64,000 nucleotides of DNA from an uncultured delta proteobacterium (GCA_963850465.1 CAWKLN010000008.1:14313-78312), one strand, 5' to 3'. Shown: positions 11,936 to 21,011, counted from the stretch's first letter. Numbers and translations are program-made. The notes: generated from the letters alone by a model not told the origin.

Positions 11936-13770
11936 CGCAGGACCGGGTCCCGCCCTTTCAGGCGAACCGCGTAGTCGTCGAAGTAAATCGCGGGCGTATC
12001 CGAAGGCAGCAAACCCATGGCATGTAGGCCTAATTCTGCGGGCCAGTTGTCCACATTGGCACTGTAGCCTTCAGTGGTAAAGGCGTCGGTTAAAATGACG
12101 GCATCCGCTTCCCATTCGGTGGCATTGCCGGTTCTTTCAATTCTGAATCCCATGGTCGGGGATGGGGAGCCACTGACAAACGTCCAGTCAATTTGGGTCA
12201 CGTTCCCGCCCAGTAGATTGAAGTTATCATTTGTTACCCGAAAATTCGTGCGGTCGAAAACCGGCCAGTTGGTAAACGCGCTGAAGGGTGCCAGGCGCTG
12301 ATTCGGTCCCCGCCGGTTATCCAGCATGAAATTGGGTGATGCGCCGCTGATGCTGCCGCCGCCGTTGCATAAAAACGGGGTTGAAACGAAGACTTTGAGG
12401 GCGTTGATCCGTTCCCCGGCGGAAAACGTGCCGCCGGCTTCATCCAGGCGCACGGCCCGTTCTTCCAGACGGACGAGCAGTGTCAGCCAGGGTTCGAAAT
12501 AGCGCGCACTGCCCTGCAGCAGGCAATAGGTCAGGGGCAGTTCGGCATATGCCAGGACTTCGCGCTCTTCCGGCCATAGGGCCAGGGTGGGGCCCGAAGG
12601 CAGAATGGTGTGCTCCCACAAGGCGGTGATCAATCCGTCTCCGTTGAGGTCCTTCTGGGCCCAGAGGATGATATAGGGGGTCGACGCGTCGTCCACGGGA
12701 ATGAGCCTGTCCGGCAGGGTGTTGCCCCGCTGCCCTCTGACAATGGAAAGTCCCAACATATTGCCGCCGTTGGCGGGCGTGTTATCCAGGCGCAGGGAGA
12801 GGCCGCTGAGATAATCGTCGGTGTTGGGAATGACGGCCGTTTTGACCTGGAGGTCGTAGCTCAGGCTGTTCACATCATGGGAAACCCCATCATAGACGCT
12901 GTTGTCCCAGTAGTCGAAAAAGGGTATGGCAGCCCCGCCGTTGACGGTCCGCCAGTCAAAAACACCGAAAACCCTGGGCTGTGAGAGTTCGGTCGGCAGG
13001 GTCACGGTGTCGTCCGTAACACCGGCACCGAGCAGGATGGCGCGCGCATCTTCCAATGCGACAACGACCGCTGACCAATACCGGGTATAAAAATCATTTT
13101 CCAGCCATTCCAGACTGAACGCCGCCGAGCTGTTGCGTCGACTTTCATAGTCGTCGCGGATGGCGGTGGCATCATCGATGGCGGTTTGAAGCGATACGGG
13201 ACTGCCGGCGCCTGGCAGGCCAAGCGATTCCCCTGTGGTGCGCAGGGCCGCATTGTCGTCGACCGTATCCGTATCCAGGCTGCCCGGAGTCGCTTCATCG
13301 GGCAACCAGTTGTCCGTATCATCCATGGTATCCACCCATTCCGGCGTTCCTTCGGAACTGCGTGCGAACAACTTGACACGGGTGTCTCCAAAAGGACTGC
13401 TAACAACCCCTGTGGACGATAAGCGTTCGGGGAAGCCCTCCACATCCAGAATGAACCGGTCACCGTTGGCGAGACGATAGGTCTGCGGCAGGGTCGGTTT
13501 GACGGGCTGGGCATCGTAATAGGTTAACCCGGAATAGGCCATATAGTAAGCTTTCTGCTGACTGGTCGATGCCAGAAAACCGTAACTGGACGAGGATGTC
13601 AGGTAAATCATGGCGGCACCGAGGGTGGCCATCAGCGTAAGGGTCAGGATCAGGCTGATCAACAGCGCACCGCGGTTGTCGCTGCAGATGCCTATGGAGG
13701 AATGGTGCCACCATCGGGGACGAACCTGGTCGGAGCCTGTGGCCATGATATTGCGGTATGTTTCAGTCAT
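11932..13770 (-). CDS. large (612 aa) PilX-N-like pilus-associated protein, function unknown
   Basis: A single N-terminal hydrophobic helix, GALLISLILTLTLMATLGAAMIYL...QKAYYMAYSGL, resembles the PilX N-terminal pseudopilin-like anchor but has no G/FTLIE cleavage motif. The remainder has no motif I recognise. The gene lies last in the minor-pilin run. Confidence 0.55.
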   Translation of the reverse strand: MTETYRNIMATGSDQVRPRWWHHSSIGICSDNRGALLISLILTLTLMATLGAAMIYLTSSSSYGFLASTSQQKAYYMAYSGLTYYDAQPVKPTLPQTYRLANGDRFILDVEGFPERLSSTGVVSSPFGDTRVKLFARSSEGTPEWVDTMDDTDNWLPDEATPGSLDTDTVDDNAALRTTGESLGLPGAGSPVSLQTAIDDATAIRDDYESRRNSSAAFSLEWLENDFYTRYWSAVVVALEDARAILLGAGVTDDTVTLPTELSQPRVFGVFDWRTVNGGAAIPFFDYWDNSVYDGVSHDVNSLSYDLQVKTAVIPNTDDYLSGLSLRLDNTPANGGNMLGLSIVRGQRGNTLPDRLIPVDDASTPYIILWAQKDLNGDGLITALWEHTILPSGPTLALWPEEREVLAYAELPLTYCLLQGSARYFEPWLTLLVRLEERAVRLDEAGGTFSAGERINALKVFVSTPFLCNGGGSISGASPNFMLDNRRGPNQRLAPFSAFTNWPVFDRTNFRVTNDNFNLLGGNVTQIDWTFVSGSPSPTMGFRIERTGNATEWEADAVILTDAFTTEGYSANVDNWPAELGLHAMGLLPSDTPAIYFDDYAVRLKGRDPVLR

Positions 13771-14365
13771 GTTTGCCCAAAAAAACGGTTGTCGTCAGTA
13801 CGTCATAGTCGGTGTCATGCAATTGCAGGCGCAGACGAACGGCCGCCTGGCGCGTCGGGCTGGCAAACGCGGCATTCCATTCGGATGTGGGCGAAGCGAC
13901 CGTGACAAGATTAGCGGTTGTGTCGTAGTAAATATAGGCCAGATCGAAAACAACGACGTTATCGGCAAGCGGTTCGGTAACGCTGCCCCCGGGGCAATCA
14001 AGGCAGGCGAGCAGCAGGGGGTCCCCGACGGTGCCATTCCAGGAAATGGAAAAGGAGCGTATCGTGTCGACGGCTTCATCGGCATGAAAACTGTCAAAAG
14101 TGATGGAATGGCTGCCGCCACCCGCTACATCGGTTATGTAGTTAAATTCCTTTACCATACGAGCCATTACCAGTTGGGCCTTCTGGGCGGATTCGGCACC
14201 GGCGCGCGAAAGGAGGAACCCCTCGGTTATTTGCACGAGGCCAATGCCGGCAATGGCGGCCAGAATACCGACAATAGCCAGGCTGGCGATCATTTCGATC
14301 AAGGTGAAACCACCTCGCCAATCTGGCTTGCGGGCCGTCATTTTTGTGAATTCATGATTCTTCAA
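13763..14365 (-). CDS. minor pilin / pseudopilin (prepilin-type N-terminal cleavage/methylation domain)
   Basis: DWRGG|FTLIEMIASLAIVGILAAIAG class III signal. Overlaps the downstream gene by 8 nt. Confidence 0.8.
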   Translation of the reverse strand: MKNHEFTKMTARKPDWRGGFTLIEMIASLAIVGILAAIAGIGLVQITEGFLLSRAGAESAQKAQLVMARMVKEFNYITDVAGGGSHSITFDSFHADEAVDTIRSFSISWNGTVGDPLLLACLDCPGGSVTEPLADNVVVFDLAYIYYDTTANLVTVASPTSEWNAAFASPTRQAAVRLRLQLHDTDYDVLTTTVFLGKHD

Positions 14366-14380
14366 AGTTCTGTTAACCTG

Positions 14381-14818
14381 TCAGCGAATCAGAAGAAAGG
14401 TCAGCGGGTCGTTGCTGGCCTCGGCGATGACGACTTTGAGAATATCTTCCGGCGCCGTTCCGTAAACATCGCTTATTTCATTGCCGGCGGTATTGAACTG
14501 AATGAAATCATTATAAAGCACCCGGTATTCGCCGTAAGCGTTGTTCTGATCCGTACCCGCGGTCCCGATACCCGATTGAAAATCGTTCCAGGCGGTACTA
14601 TTGGAAGGCGCCGTCTGTCGGAAGGCACCAATGATATTATCCGCCACGGCCTGCAATGCGGCCTCGGCCAGCAACCGTTTCATCGGTGTGCTGCTCTGGG
14701 AAACGGCGCTGCCCAGGTATTGCATCATGACGGCACCCAGGATAACGGCCACCAGCAGGGTGATGATGATCTCCACCAGGGTGAAGCCCGCGTTGGTTTT
14801 ACCATTAAAGCGTTTCAT
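14381..14818 (-). CDS. minor pilin / pseudopilin
   Basis: The internal Met gives MKRFNGKTNAG|FTLVEIIITLLVAVILGAVMM. The longer ORF-track start (14902) adds an implausible His-rich leader. The ATG at 14818 overlaps the upstream stop. Confidence 0.8.
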   Translation of the reverse strand: MKRFNGKTNAGFTLVEIIITLLVAVILGAVMMQYLGSAVSQSSTPMKRLLAEAALQAVADNIIGAFRQTAPSNSTAWNDFQSGIGTAGTDQNNAYGEYRVLYNDFIQFNTAGNEISDVYGTAPEDILKVVIAEASNDPLTFLLIR

Positions 14819-15279
14819 GGGATGAACCCCGTGTGGCGTGTGACGGATATGGAGTCGGTATTGACGGTGATGGTGATGGTCGCCGGTCCGGGGCTGCCCC
14901 ATTCATCAAAAATGATGGTGCCGATGCCGTTTGTAATGGCAACGCCATTAGGCAGATTGTGGGTCGAGGTCCTGTCATTGGGTAAATTGATACTGGCCGG
15001 CAAGCCATTCTGTAGCAGGGTGTAAGAATTTGGGGTGAATGAAATCTCCCAGCTTTCGGTGTTGCTGCTCATGGCCAGGGACTGGGCGAAACGAAGGTGC
15101 GCGCGGATGATGGCGCTTTGGGCATAGGCTTCCCGGTCGATCGTGGGTGTCCGGCTGAGAACAACGGTCATGACAACGGCCAGCACGATTAATACGGCCA
15201 GCACTTCGATCATCGTAAATCCTGCGATGCCCTGTCGATTGTCCGATCGGCATGTCTGGGGCGGGGAGCCTTTGATCAT
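14815..15279 (-). CDS. minor pilin / pseudopilin (possibly GspH/FimT-like)
   Basis: RQGIAG|FTMIEVLAVLIVLAVVMTVVL class III signal. 154 aa. Confidence 0.75.
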   Translation of the reverse strand: MIKGSPPQTCRSDNRQGIAGFTMIEVLAVLIVLAVVMTVVLSRTPTIDREAYAQSAIIRAHLRFAQSLAMSSNTESWEISFTPNSYTLLQNGLPASINLPNDRTSTHNLPNGVAITNGIGTIIFDEWGSPGPATITITVNTDSISVTRHTGFIP

Positions 15280-15533
15280 TTAACCATTTCCCATCAACAA
15301 ATATCGGTCGGGTCAAACTCCCTGGCGACGCCGCAGCGGAAATTCACCATCCAAAGCACGGATCGCGCAGGAGCCTAAAATTTGCTTAAATGAGTCTCCA
15401 CCTGTCTGGATTTCTATTTTACCACCGATACGATTGAATTTCCAGATCCTACCGGAATCGTGTGAACAATCTGGTGCCTGGTGGCTATGGGGTGCCGTGG
15501 TGTTGGTGGTCCGATATACGGATGGTTTGACGA

Positions 15534-16025
15534 TCAGCGCGACCAGCGGCCAGAGGACAGCGGTGTGGAGGGGGCACGCGACAACGGCGTGGTGGCGGAG
15601 CCGAAACGGAGCGTCCCACCGATGGCCGTGGCCGCACTCGGCCATTGGTAACCCGCACCAAGGTCCATATCCATCTGGCTGAAGGCAGCAGCATCGTCGG
15701 ACCAACCGCTGTCGGATAGCATCAGATTGGCCCAGATCAGGGTTTCACGCTGATTCAATTCAGCCATGCCGACATCGATGGCGCGTTGGTCGGCGCTGGC
15801 GGCCACATCGATGAATCGGGGCACGGCTACAGCTGCCAAGATACCGAGAATAACCAAAACTGCAATGATTTCGATCAGTGTGAAGCCCCTCGGGTTATTA
15901 ATGGGGCGTGTGATGAGCGTCTCTTTCAATTGGATACAATCGAATTCCCAGTTTTCATTCGACAAGGCCACGAATGCCGTGTTCTTTTCCCGGCAGCGCC
16001 ACCAAAGCAATTCGCCGGGCGTCAT
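15534..16025 (-). CDS. type IV pilin paralogue 2 (start uncertain)
   Basis: The mature N-terminus G|FTLIEIIAVLVILGILAAVAVPRFIDV is nearly identical to pilin 1. The only in-frame ATG outside pilin 1 is at 16025 (AAGG 8 nt upstream), which would give a 47-aa leader. A TTG at 15929 would give the 15-aa leader MKETLITRPINNPRG but has no obvious SD. Confidence 0.7.
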   Translation of the reverse strand: MTPGELLWWRCREKNTAFVALSNENWEFDCIQLKETLITRPINNPRGFTLIEIIAVLVILGILAAVAVPRFIDVAASADQRAIDVGMAELNQRETLIWANLMLSDSGWSDDAAAFSQMDMDLGAGYQWPSAATAIGGTLRFGSATTPLSRAPSTPLSSGRWSR

Positions 16026-16035
16026 GATTACAGCC

Positions 16036-16440
16036 TTATCGCTCCCATCGTCCTGGCCTATCGGTTTGCGACGCAGTGCGCGTAAGCGCCACAGTCGCGC
16101 CGGCGTCATATTCAAGCGTTCCGCCGGCTACGGTTGGCCCAACGCTCCAGGCATAGGGCGTGCCAAGATCGTAATTTCCTGAGCCGAAAAGAGCGGCGTC
16201 GTTCGTATACCCTGCGCTGGACAATTTGATGTCGGCCCAGTGCAAGGTCTCCCGTCCGTTCAGCTCGGCAATGCCGGCATCCAGCGCGCGCTGCTGGGCA
16301 TTGGCGGTCAAGTCGATGTAGCGTGGCACCGCCACCGCCGCCAGGATACCTAAGATAATCAACACCGCAATGATTTCGATGAGCGTAAAGCCCGATTGGT
16401 CTCGCACAATGGATTGCCGTTTCATGGTTCTATTCCCCAT
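16036..16440 (-). CDS. type IV pilin paralogue 1 (probable major pilin)
   Basis: MKRQSIVRDQSG|FTLIEIIAVLIILGILAAVAVPRYIDL. The mature part is ~117 aa and contains no cysteine. It is the first gene after a sigma-54-type promoter. An alternative start lies at 16425. Confidence 0.85.
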   Translation of the reverse strand: MGNRTMKRQSIVRDQSGFTLIEIIAVLIILGILAAVAVPRYIDLTANAQQRALDAGIAELNGRETLHWADIKLSSAGYTNDAALFGSGNYDLGTPYAWSVGPTVAGGTLEYDAGATVALTRTASQTDRPGRWER

Positions 16441-16518
16441 CTGAAGATCCTTGGAGTTGGTTGTCGTATGGATGGTTTCAGCCGGTTCCCCATCCGAGTC
16501 CTATGCCTCTGGCAACGC

Positions 16519-16534
16519 TGCAAACCTGGCGCCG
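16519..16534 (-). promoter_or_regulatory. candidate sigma-54 (-24/-12) promoter for the pilin genes
   Basis: The minus strand reads cGGCGC-caggt-TTGCA, against the consensus TGGCAC-N5-TTGCA. GG and GC are at the correct 12-nt register. The element is ~70-80 nt upstream of the pilin 1 ATG, with a sigma-54 activator gene immediately upstream. Confidence 0.5.
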
Positions 16535-16704
16535 TGATTGACGATGAACAATAATCAGCAAAATTTGTACCAAAATAGCTTTTTCAAACTTTACCGAAGC
16601 AAATGCTGTTTTTTCTCCCCATAATACTTGGGAATATGATCCAGTTCAACCACGGGTTTGATCGCCGGCCGCCTCCGTTCCTCCAAATATTGTAGGTGGC
16701 ACCC

Positions 16705-18042
16705 TCATTCTTTGTTGGGCTTGAAGGCGGTGCTGTCGATTTGGTATTTCTTAATGCGGTGCCATAGACTGCGCTGATTGATTCCCATAAGCTCGGCCGC
16801 TCTGATCTGGATACCGTTCGTCCTTTTTAAAGCGTCGATAATGATGCCCTTCTCGATATCTTTGAGTTTGTCATCGATAGAGCGTGTTTTTTCATCTTCG
16901 GCTTCGACAAACGGGTGATTGAATACCCGGGCGATGTTTTCCGGCAGATGGGTGACGGCGATTTCCTGGCCCTGGCTTAAAACGGCCGCACGTTCGACGG
17001 TGTTTTGGAGTTCACGAACGTTGCCGGGCCAGGTATAACCGATCATCATCTGAAGGGCCGCCGATGAAATCCCGATTTCGGGGGTTGTCCGGGCTAACAA
17101 GTCATCGATCAGCAGCGGGATGTCCTCTTTGCGTTCCCGCAACGTCGGCAGTTGCAATGAGAAAACGTTGATGCGGTAATAGAGGTCTTCGCGGAAGGTC
17201 CCTTCCTGAACCATTTGCGACAAGTCCTTGTTGGTGGCGCAGATAATGCGCACGTCCACTTGGACGGTTCGGGTGCCGCCCACCCGGTCGAATTCCTTTT
17301 CCTGGAGGACCCGCAGGATTTTTGCTTGTAGACCGATCGGCATGTCGCCGATTTCGTCAAGAAAAAGCGTACCGCCGTCGGCCAATTCGAATTTTCCCGG
17401 TTTGCGGGCCGTGGCGCCGGTAAAGGCGCCTTTTTCGTGACCGAAGAGCTCGCTTTCCAGCAGATCAGGGGGAATCGCCACACAATTGAGTTTGACAAAA
17501 GGGTTTTGTTTGCGACGACTATTGTGGTGGATGCTGGAGGCCACCAGTTCCTTGCCCGTGCCGCTTTCGCCAAGAATAAGGACCGTAGAATCCGTCGGCG
17601 CCACCATCTGGATACGGCGCAGAAGGCCCCGCATGACACGGCTGTCGCCGATGATTTCAGGAAAAAGCTGCCGGGCATCCAGTTTGGTCAAGACGTCTTC
17701 GACCCGCTCGAAGACATTTTCAAAATGCTTGATTTCATCGACCTGCTTGCGGCGGTATTGCTCGTCTTCCGGCCGCGATATGACCGGAATATCATTGGCG
17801 CGTTGCATGAAGCGTTTGACGGGCATGAGCAGCAGGCGCGTGACGACAAGGCCGCAGAAAAAACTGAGAAGTGCAAACAACAGCGCCCACAAATGAACCT
17901 GCATGCGGCCGTCCAGACCGAGGCGATGATAGTGTTGGGTAACCAGAAAAGTCAGCAGGGCCGATAGAAAAGCGATACCGGCAAAGATGACCGGGACGAT
18001 GACATATAAACTGATATGATAGCGAAAGTCCTTGATGGCCAA
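16705..18042 (-). CDS. sigma-54-dependent transcriptional activator, membrane-anchored, no receiver domain
   Basis: Two N-terminal TM helices (YVIVPVIFAGIAFLSALLTFLV and LWALLFALLSFFCGLVVTRLLL). The AAA+ core has GESGTGKELVA, ESELFGHEKGAFTGA and GGTLFLDEIGD. A C-terminal Fis-type HTH reads AAELMGINQRSLWHRIKKY. Confidence 0.88.
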   Translation of the reverse strand: MAIKDFRYHISLYVIVPVIFAGIAFLSALLTFLVTQHYHRLGLDGRMQVHLWALLFALLSFFCGLVVTRLLLMPVKRFMQRANDIPVISRPEDEQYRRKQVDEIKHFENVFERVEDVLTKLDARQLFPEIIGDSRVMRGLLRRIQMVAPTDSTVLILGESGTGKELVASSIHHNSRRKQNPFVKLNCVAIPPDLLESELFGHEKGAFTGATARKPGKFELADGGTLFLDEIGDMPIGLQAKILRVLQEKEFDRVGGTRTVQVDVRIICATNKDLSQMVQEGTFREDLYYRINVFSLQLPTLRERKEDIPLLIDDLLARTTPEIGISSAALQMMIGYTWPGNVRELQNTVERAAVLSQGQEIAVTHLPENIARVFNHPFVEAEDEKTRSIDDKLKDIEKGIIIDALKRTNGIQIRAAELMGINQRSLWHRIKKYQIDSTAFKPNKE

Positions 18043-18056
18043 AGTATTACCCCAGG

Positions 18057-19277
18057 CTAGTGGTATATCTTCGTCAAATCCGCAATCGGCATGAATATGG
18101 CGAGTGCAAAAAAACCAACCATGACCGCCAGTGAGATGATGAGGATCGGACCGATGGCACTCGTCATTTTTTTAATGGCGTATTCCAGTTCTTCATCATA
18201 ATGGGCGGCAATTTCCTCCAGCATTTCATCCAGATTGCCGGACTCCTCACCCACGGCCACCATGTTGACCACCATCGGGGTGAAATAGCGGGCTTTTTTT
18301 AACGGAGCGGCAATGCCGCGGCCCTCTTCGAGCAATTCACGGATCCGGTCGAATTCCCGTGAGATGGCAGCATTGCCGATGGTCGTGGAGAGGATCGTCA
18401 TGGCTTCCAGGATGGCGATCCCGCTGGACTGCAATATGCTGAAGATGGACGAAAACCGTGACATGGCGGATTTTACGACGACCGGTCCGATGATCGGCGT
18501 CTTAATGAGCATATAATCGCGGGTAAAGCGTCCCTGGGTGGTTCGCAGGTAAAAAACGATCGCCAAAACCGCGATCAGGGTGCCTGCCAGGAGAAAGCCG
18601 CCATAAACCGTCATAAACTGATAGATTCCCATGGCGATCTGGGTTGGCAGGGGAAGCGCCACCCCACTGCGCGAAAGAACGGTCACGAACTTAGGCAGGA
18701 CGAAGGCCAAAAGGACGGTAAAGGCCAACAGCAGCAGCCCTAAGACGAACGCCGGGTAGAACATGGCGGAGCGAATGTCCGATCGGACCTTTTGTTCGTG
18801 CGACAGGATGTATTTCAGGCGTTCCAGGACTTTGGGCAGGGAGCCGCTGACCTCGCCGGCATGAATCATGGCGCAGTAAAGAGGAGAAAAAACACCGGGG
18901 TGCTGCCGGAAGGCGTCATAAAGCTGCGCCCCCTCTTTGATGGCCTGTCGCATGGTGGTGATGACTTTTTCCAGCCGTGGGTTTTCCGTTTGGGCCGCCA
19001 GAATATCCAGCATGGACATCATGGGTACCCCCGCCCGGAAGAGCGTGCTGAACTGTTTGGTAAATAAAATCAAATCCGCCGTCGGTATGTGACTGAACCA
19101 ACGTTCCAGAACCGGGAACGATCGGGTTTGCCCCCCGCGGCTGCGCTCCTGAATTCGGGACGGCAGCACGCCCCGCCCCGTGAGCAGGTCGGTGGCTGCT
19201 TCGGCGGATTCGGCTTCGACGAGGCCCTTGAGGGTTTCGCCTTTTTCGTTGATGGCTTGGTACGCAAACGTCGGCAT
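18057..19277 (-). CDS. pilC: type IV pilus / T2SS platform protein (GspF/PilC/MshG family)
   Basis: 406 aa with a duplicated GspF domain, three TM segments, and typical FTKQFSTLFRAGVP and MVAVGEESGNLDEML motifs. Confidence 0.9.
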   Translation of the reverse strand: MPTFAYQAINEKGETLKGLVEAESAEAATDLLTGRGVLPSRIQERSRGGQTRSFPVLERWFSHIPTADLILFTKQFSTLFRAGVPMMSMLDILAAQTENPRLEKVITTMRQAIKEGAQLYDAFRQHPGVFSPLYCAMIHAGEVSGSLPKVLERLKYILSHEQKVRSDIRSAMFYPAFVLGLLLLAFTVLLAFVLPKFVTVLSRSGVALPLPTQIAMGIYQFMTVYGGFLLAGTLIAVLAIVFYLRTTQGRFTRDYMLIKTPIIGPVVVKSAMSRFSSIFSILQSSGIAILEAMTILSTTIGNAAISREFDRIRELLEEGRGIAAPLKKARYFTPMVVNMVAVGEESGNLDEMLEEIAAHYDEELEYAIKKMTSAIGPILIISLAVMVGFFALAIFMPIADLTKIYH

Positions 19278-19285
19278 GGGTTGTC

Positions 19286-20995
19286 CTAAACCATAACGGC
19301 CGAAGCCGCTTCTTCCATGGTGGTGATACCATGGACGACCTTATCGAAGGCATCTTCCTTGAGAAGTCGCAGATGTCCGGCATCATGGGCCGTTCGGGCG
19401 ATTTCATGGGAGGCGCGGTTTTTGACGATCATATCCCGGAGGGCATCGTCGATCAGCAGTATTTCGTAAATGCCGATACGACCCCGATAACCGGTATCCT
19501 GGCAATGGAAACAGCCCCGTCCGCGGAGGAAACGGGCATTCGCGGGGGGTGTCAGGCCCCAGAAAGAAAGGGCTTCCTCCGAAGGGTGGTAAGGTTCGCT
19601 GCAGTTGGGGCAGACCCTGCGGACCAGGCGCTGGGCAAATGATACAAGCATCACCGACGCCACCAGAAAGGGTTCAATACCCATATCGACAAACCGGGTG
19701 ATGGCGCCCGCCGCATCGTTCGTGTGTACCGTGCTTAAGACCCGATGGCCGGTCAAGGCGGCCTGCACGGCAATGTTGGCGGTTTCCCGGTCCCGGATTT
19801 CGCCGACCATGATGACATCCGGGTCCTGACGTAAAATGGACCGCAGGCCACTGGCAAAGGTCATTCCGGCCTTGCGGTTCAGCTGGATCTGGCGGATTTT
19901 TTCGATGCGGTATTCGACCGGGTCTTCCACGGTCAGAATGTTGATGTCCGGCATGTTGATTTTTTTCAGGATCGAATAGAGGCTGGTGCTTTTGCCGCTG
20001 CCGGTGGGCCCGGTACTGAGAATCATGCCGTAGGGTTTGAACATGACGGTTTCGATTTTGCGGCGATCCTCCGCAGCCATTCCCAGGGTTTCCAGGGTGT
20101 GAATACCGGCGCTGGTGTCCAGCAGACGCAACACTAGGTTCTCGCCGTAGATGGTGGGGATGGTGGAGGCCCGGATATTGATTTCCTTGTTATTCAACTT
20201 TACCGTGAAGCGCCCGTCCTGGGGAACCCGGGAAGTGGCGATATCCATGTTGGCCAGAATTTTCAAGCGCGATATAATGTGCAGCAACATGGATTTGGGA
20301 GGGGCGGGAACGTTGTGCAGCTTGCCGTCTACCCGGAAGCGCACCTGGACGAAGTCTTTTTCCGGGCTGACATGAACGTCGCTGGCGCCTTCCCGCACGG
20401 CCTGGGACAGAATGGAATTGACCAGGCGGACGACCGGCGCTTCTTCGGCCATATCATGGAGGGAGCTGACTTCCACATCTTCCATGGACACGGCCGCCTC
20501 CGCCGAGGACTCCGTGTCATACTGCATTTCCTCCATATCTTCCAATACATCGCCGATGCCGGAGTATGTCCCGAAGAGGCTGCTCATGATCTGATTGAGT
20601 TCTTGCTCGGTGCAGATGATGGCTTCGGCTTCCATACCGGTGGACGCTTCAATGGCGTCGAAAGCCTCGATATCGAGCGGGTCCGTCATGGCGACCGTGA
20701 GCAGCCGGTTTTCACGACGGATTGGTACCATCTGGTGTTTCTGGGCCGTTTCGGCCGGGAGGACTCCCGCCAGCGTAACATCGATCGGGAAGCTGAGGGT
20801 GTCATACTTTTCAATACGAAGTTGGCGGGATATCAAATCAACGATCTGGGACTCGCTGACGACGCCTTCCCGGATCAGATACTGGCCGAGCCGCAGCCGG
20901 CTTTTTTTCTGGTTGAGGACGGCCTGATTTAGCTGGAATTCAGTCATCAAGCCTGATTCCACCAGCATACGGCCGAGTTTTTTCTTTTCACGCAC
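19286..20995 (-). CDS. pilB: type IV pilus assembly ATPase (GspE/PilB/MshE family) with an MshEN-type N-terminal domain
   Basis: Walker A GPTGSGKSTS, Walker B IMVGEIRD, and tetracysteine CPNC...CFHC. The N-terminus carries two 24-residue RLGxx(L/V)(L/V)xxG... motifs. Confidence 0.92.
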   Translation of the reverse strand: MREKKKLGRMLVESGLMTEFQLNQAVLNQKKSRLRLGQYLIREGVVSESQIVDLISRQLRIEKYDTLSFPIDVTLAGVLPAETAQKHQMVPIRRENRLLTVAMTDPLDIEAFDAIEASTGMEAEAIICTEQELNQIMSSLFGTYSGIGDVLEDMEEMQYDTESSAEAAVSMEDVEVSSLHDMAEEAPVVRLVNSILSQAVREGASDVHVSPEKDFVQVRFRVDGKLHNVPAPPKSMLLHIISRLKILANMDIATSRVPQDGRFTVKLNNKEINIRASTIPTIYGENLVLRLLDTSAGIHTLETLGMAAEDRRKIETVMFKPYGMILSTGPTGSGKSTSLYSILKKINMPDINILTVEDPVEYRIEKIRQIQLNRKAGMTFASGLRSILRQDPDVIMVGEIRDRETANIAVQAALTGHRVLSTVHTNDAAGAITRFVDMGIEPFLVASVMLVSFAQRLVRRVCPNCSEPYHPSEEALSFWGLTPPANARFLRGRGCFHCQDTGYRGRIGIYEILLIDDALRDMIVKNRASHEIARTAHDAGHLRLLKEDAFDKVVHGITTMEEAASAVMV

Positions 20996-21011
20996 GGCGT
21001 TTAATTACCCG

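Noticed and set aside
13610-15025. 471-aa plus-strand ORF across the minor-pilin genes
   Set aside because: It is antisense to three ORFs that each carry an unmistakable G/FT(L/M)(I/V)E prepilin signal. It has no recognisable domain.
15464-15498. Two GGCAC-containing sites (minus strand) in the spacer between pilin 2 and the minor pilins
   Set aside because: In both, the downstream GC is one nucleotide out of register, or the -12 element is TGTT rather than TTGC. They are too weak to call a second sigma-54 promoter.
16697-16712. Perfect TGGCAC hexamer on the + strand near the end of the activator gene
   Set aside because: The -12 position reads TTCTT with no GC dinucleotide. The site points into the 3' end of a minus-strand gene, so it is not a plausible sigma-54 promoter.
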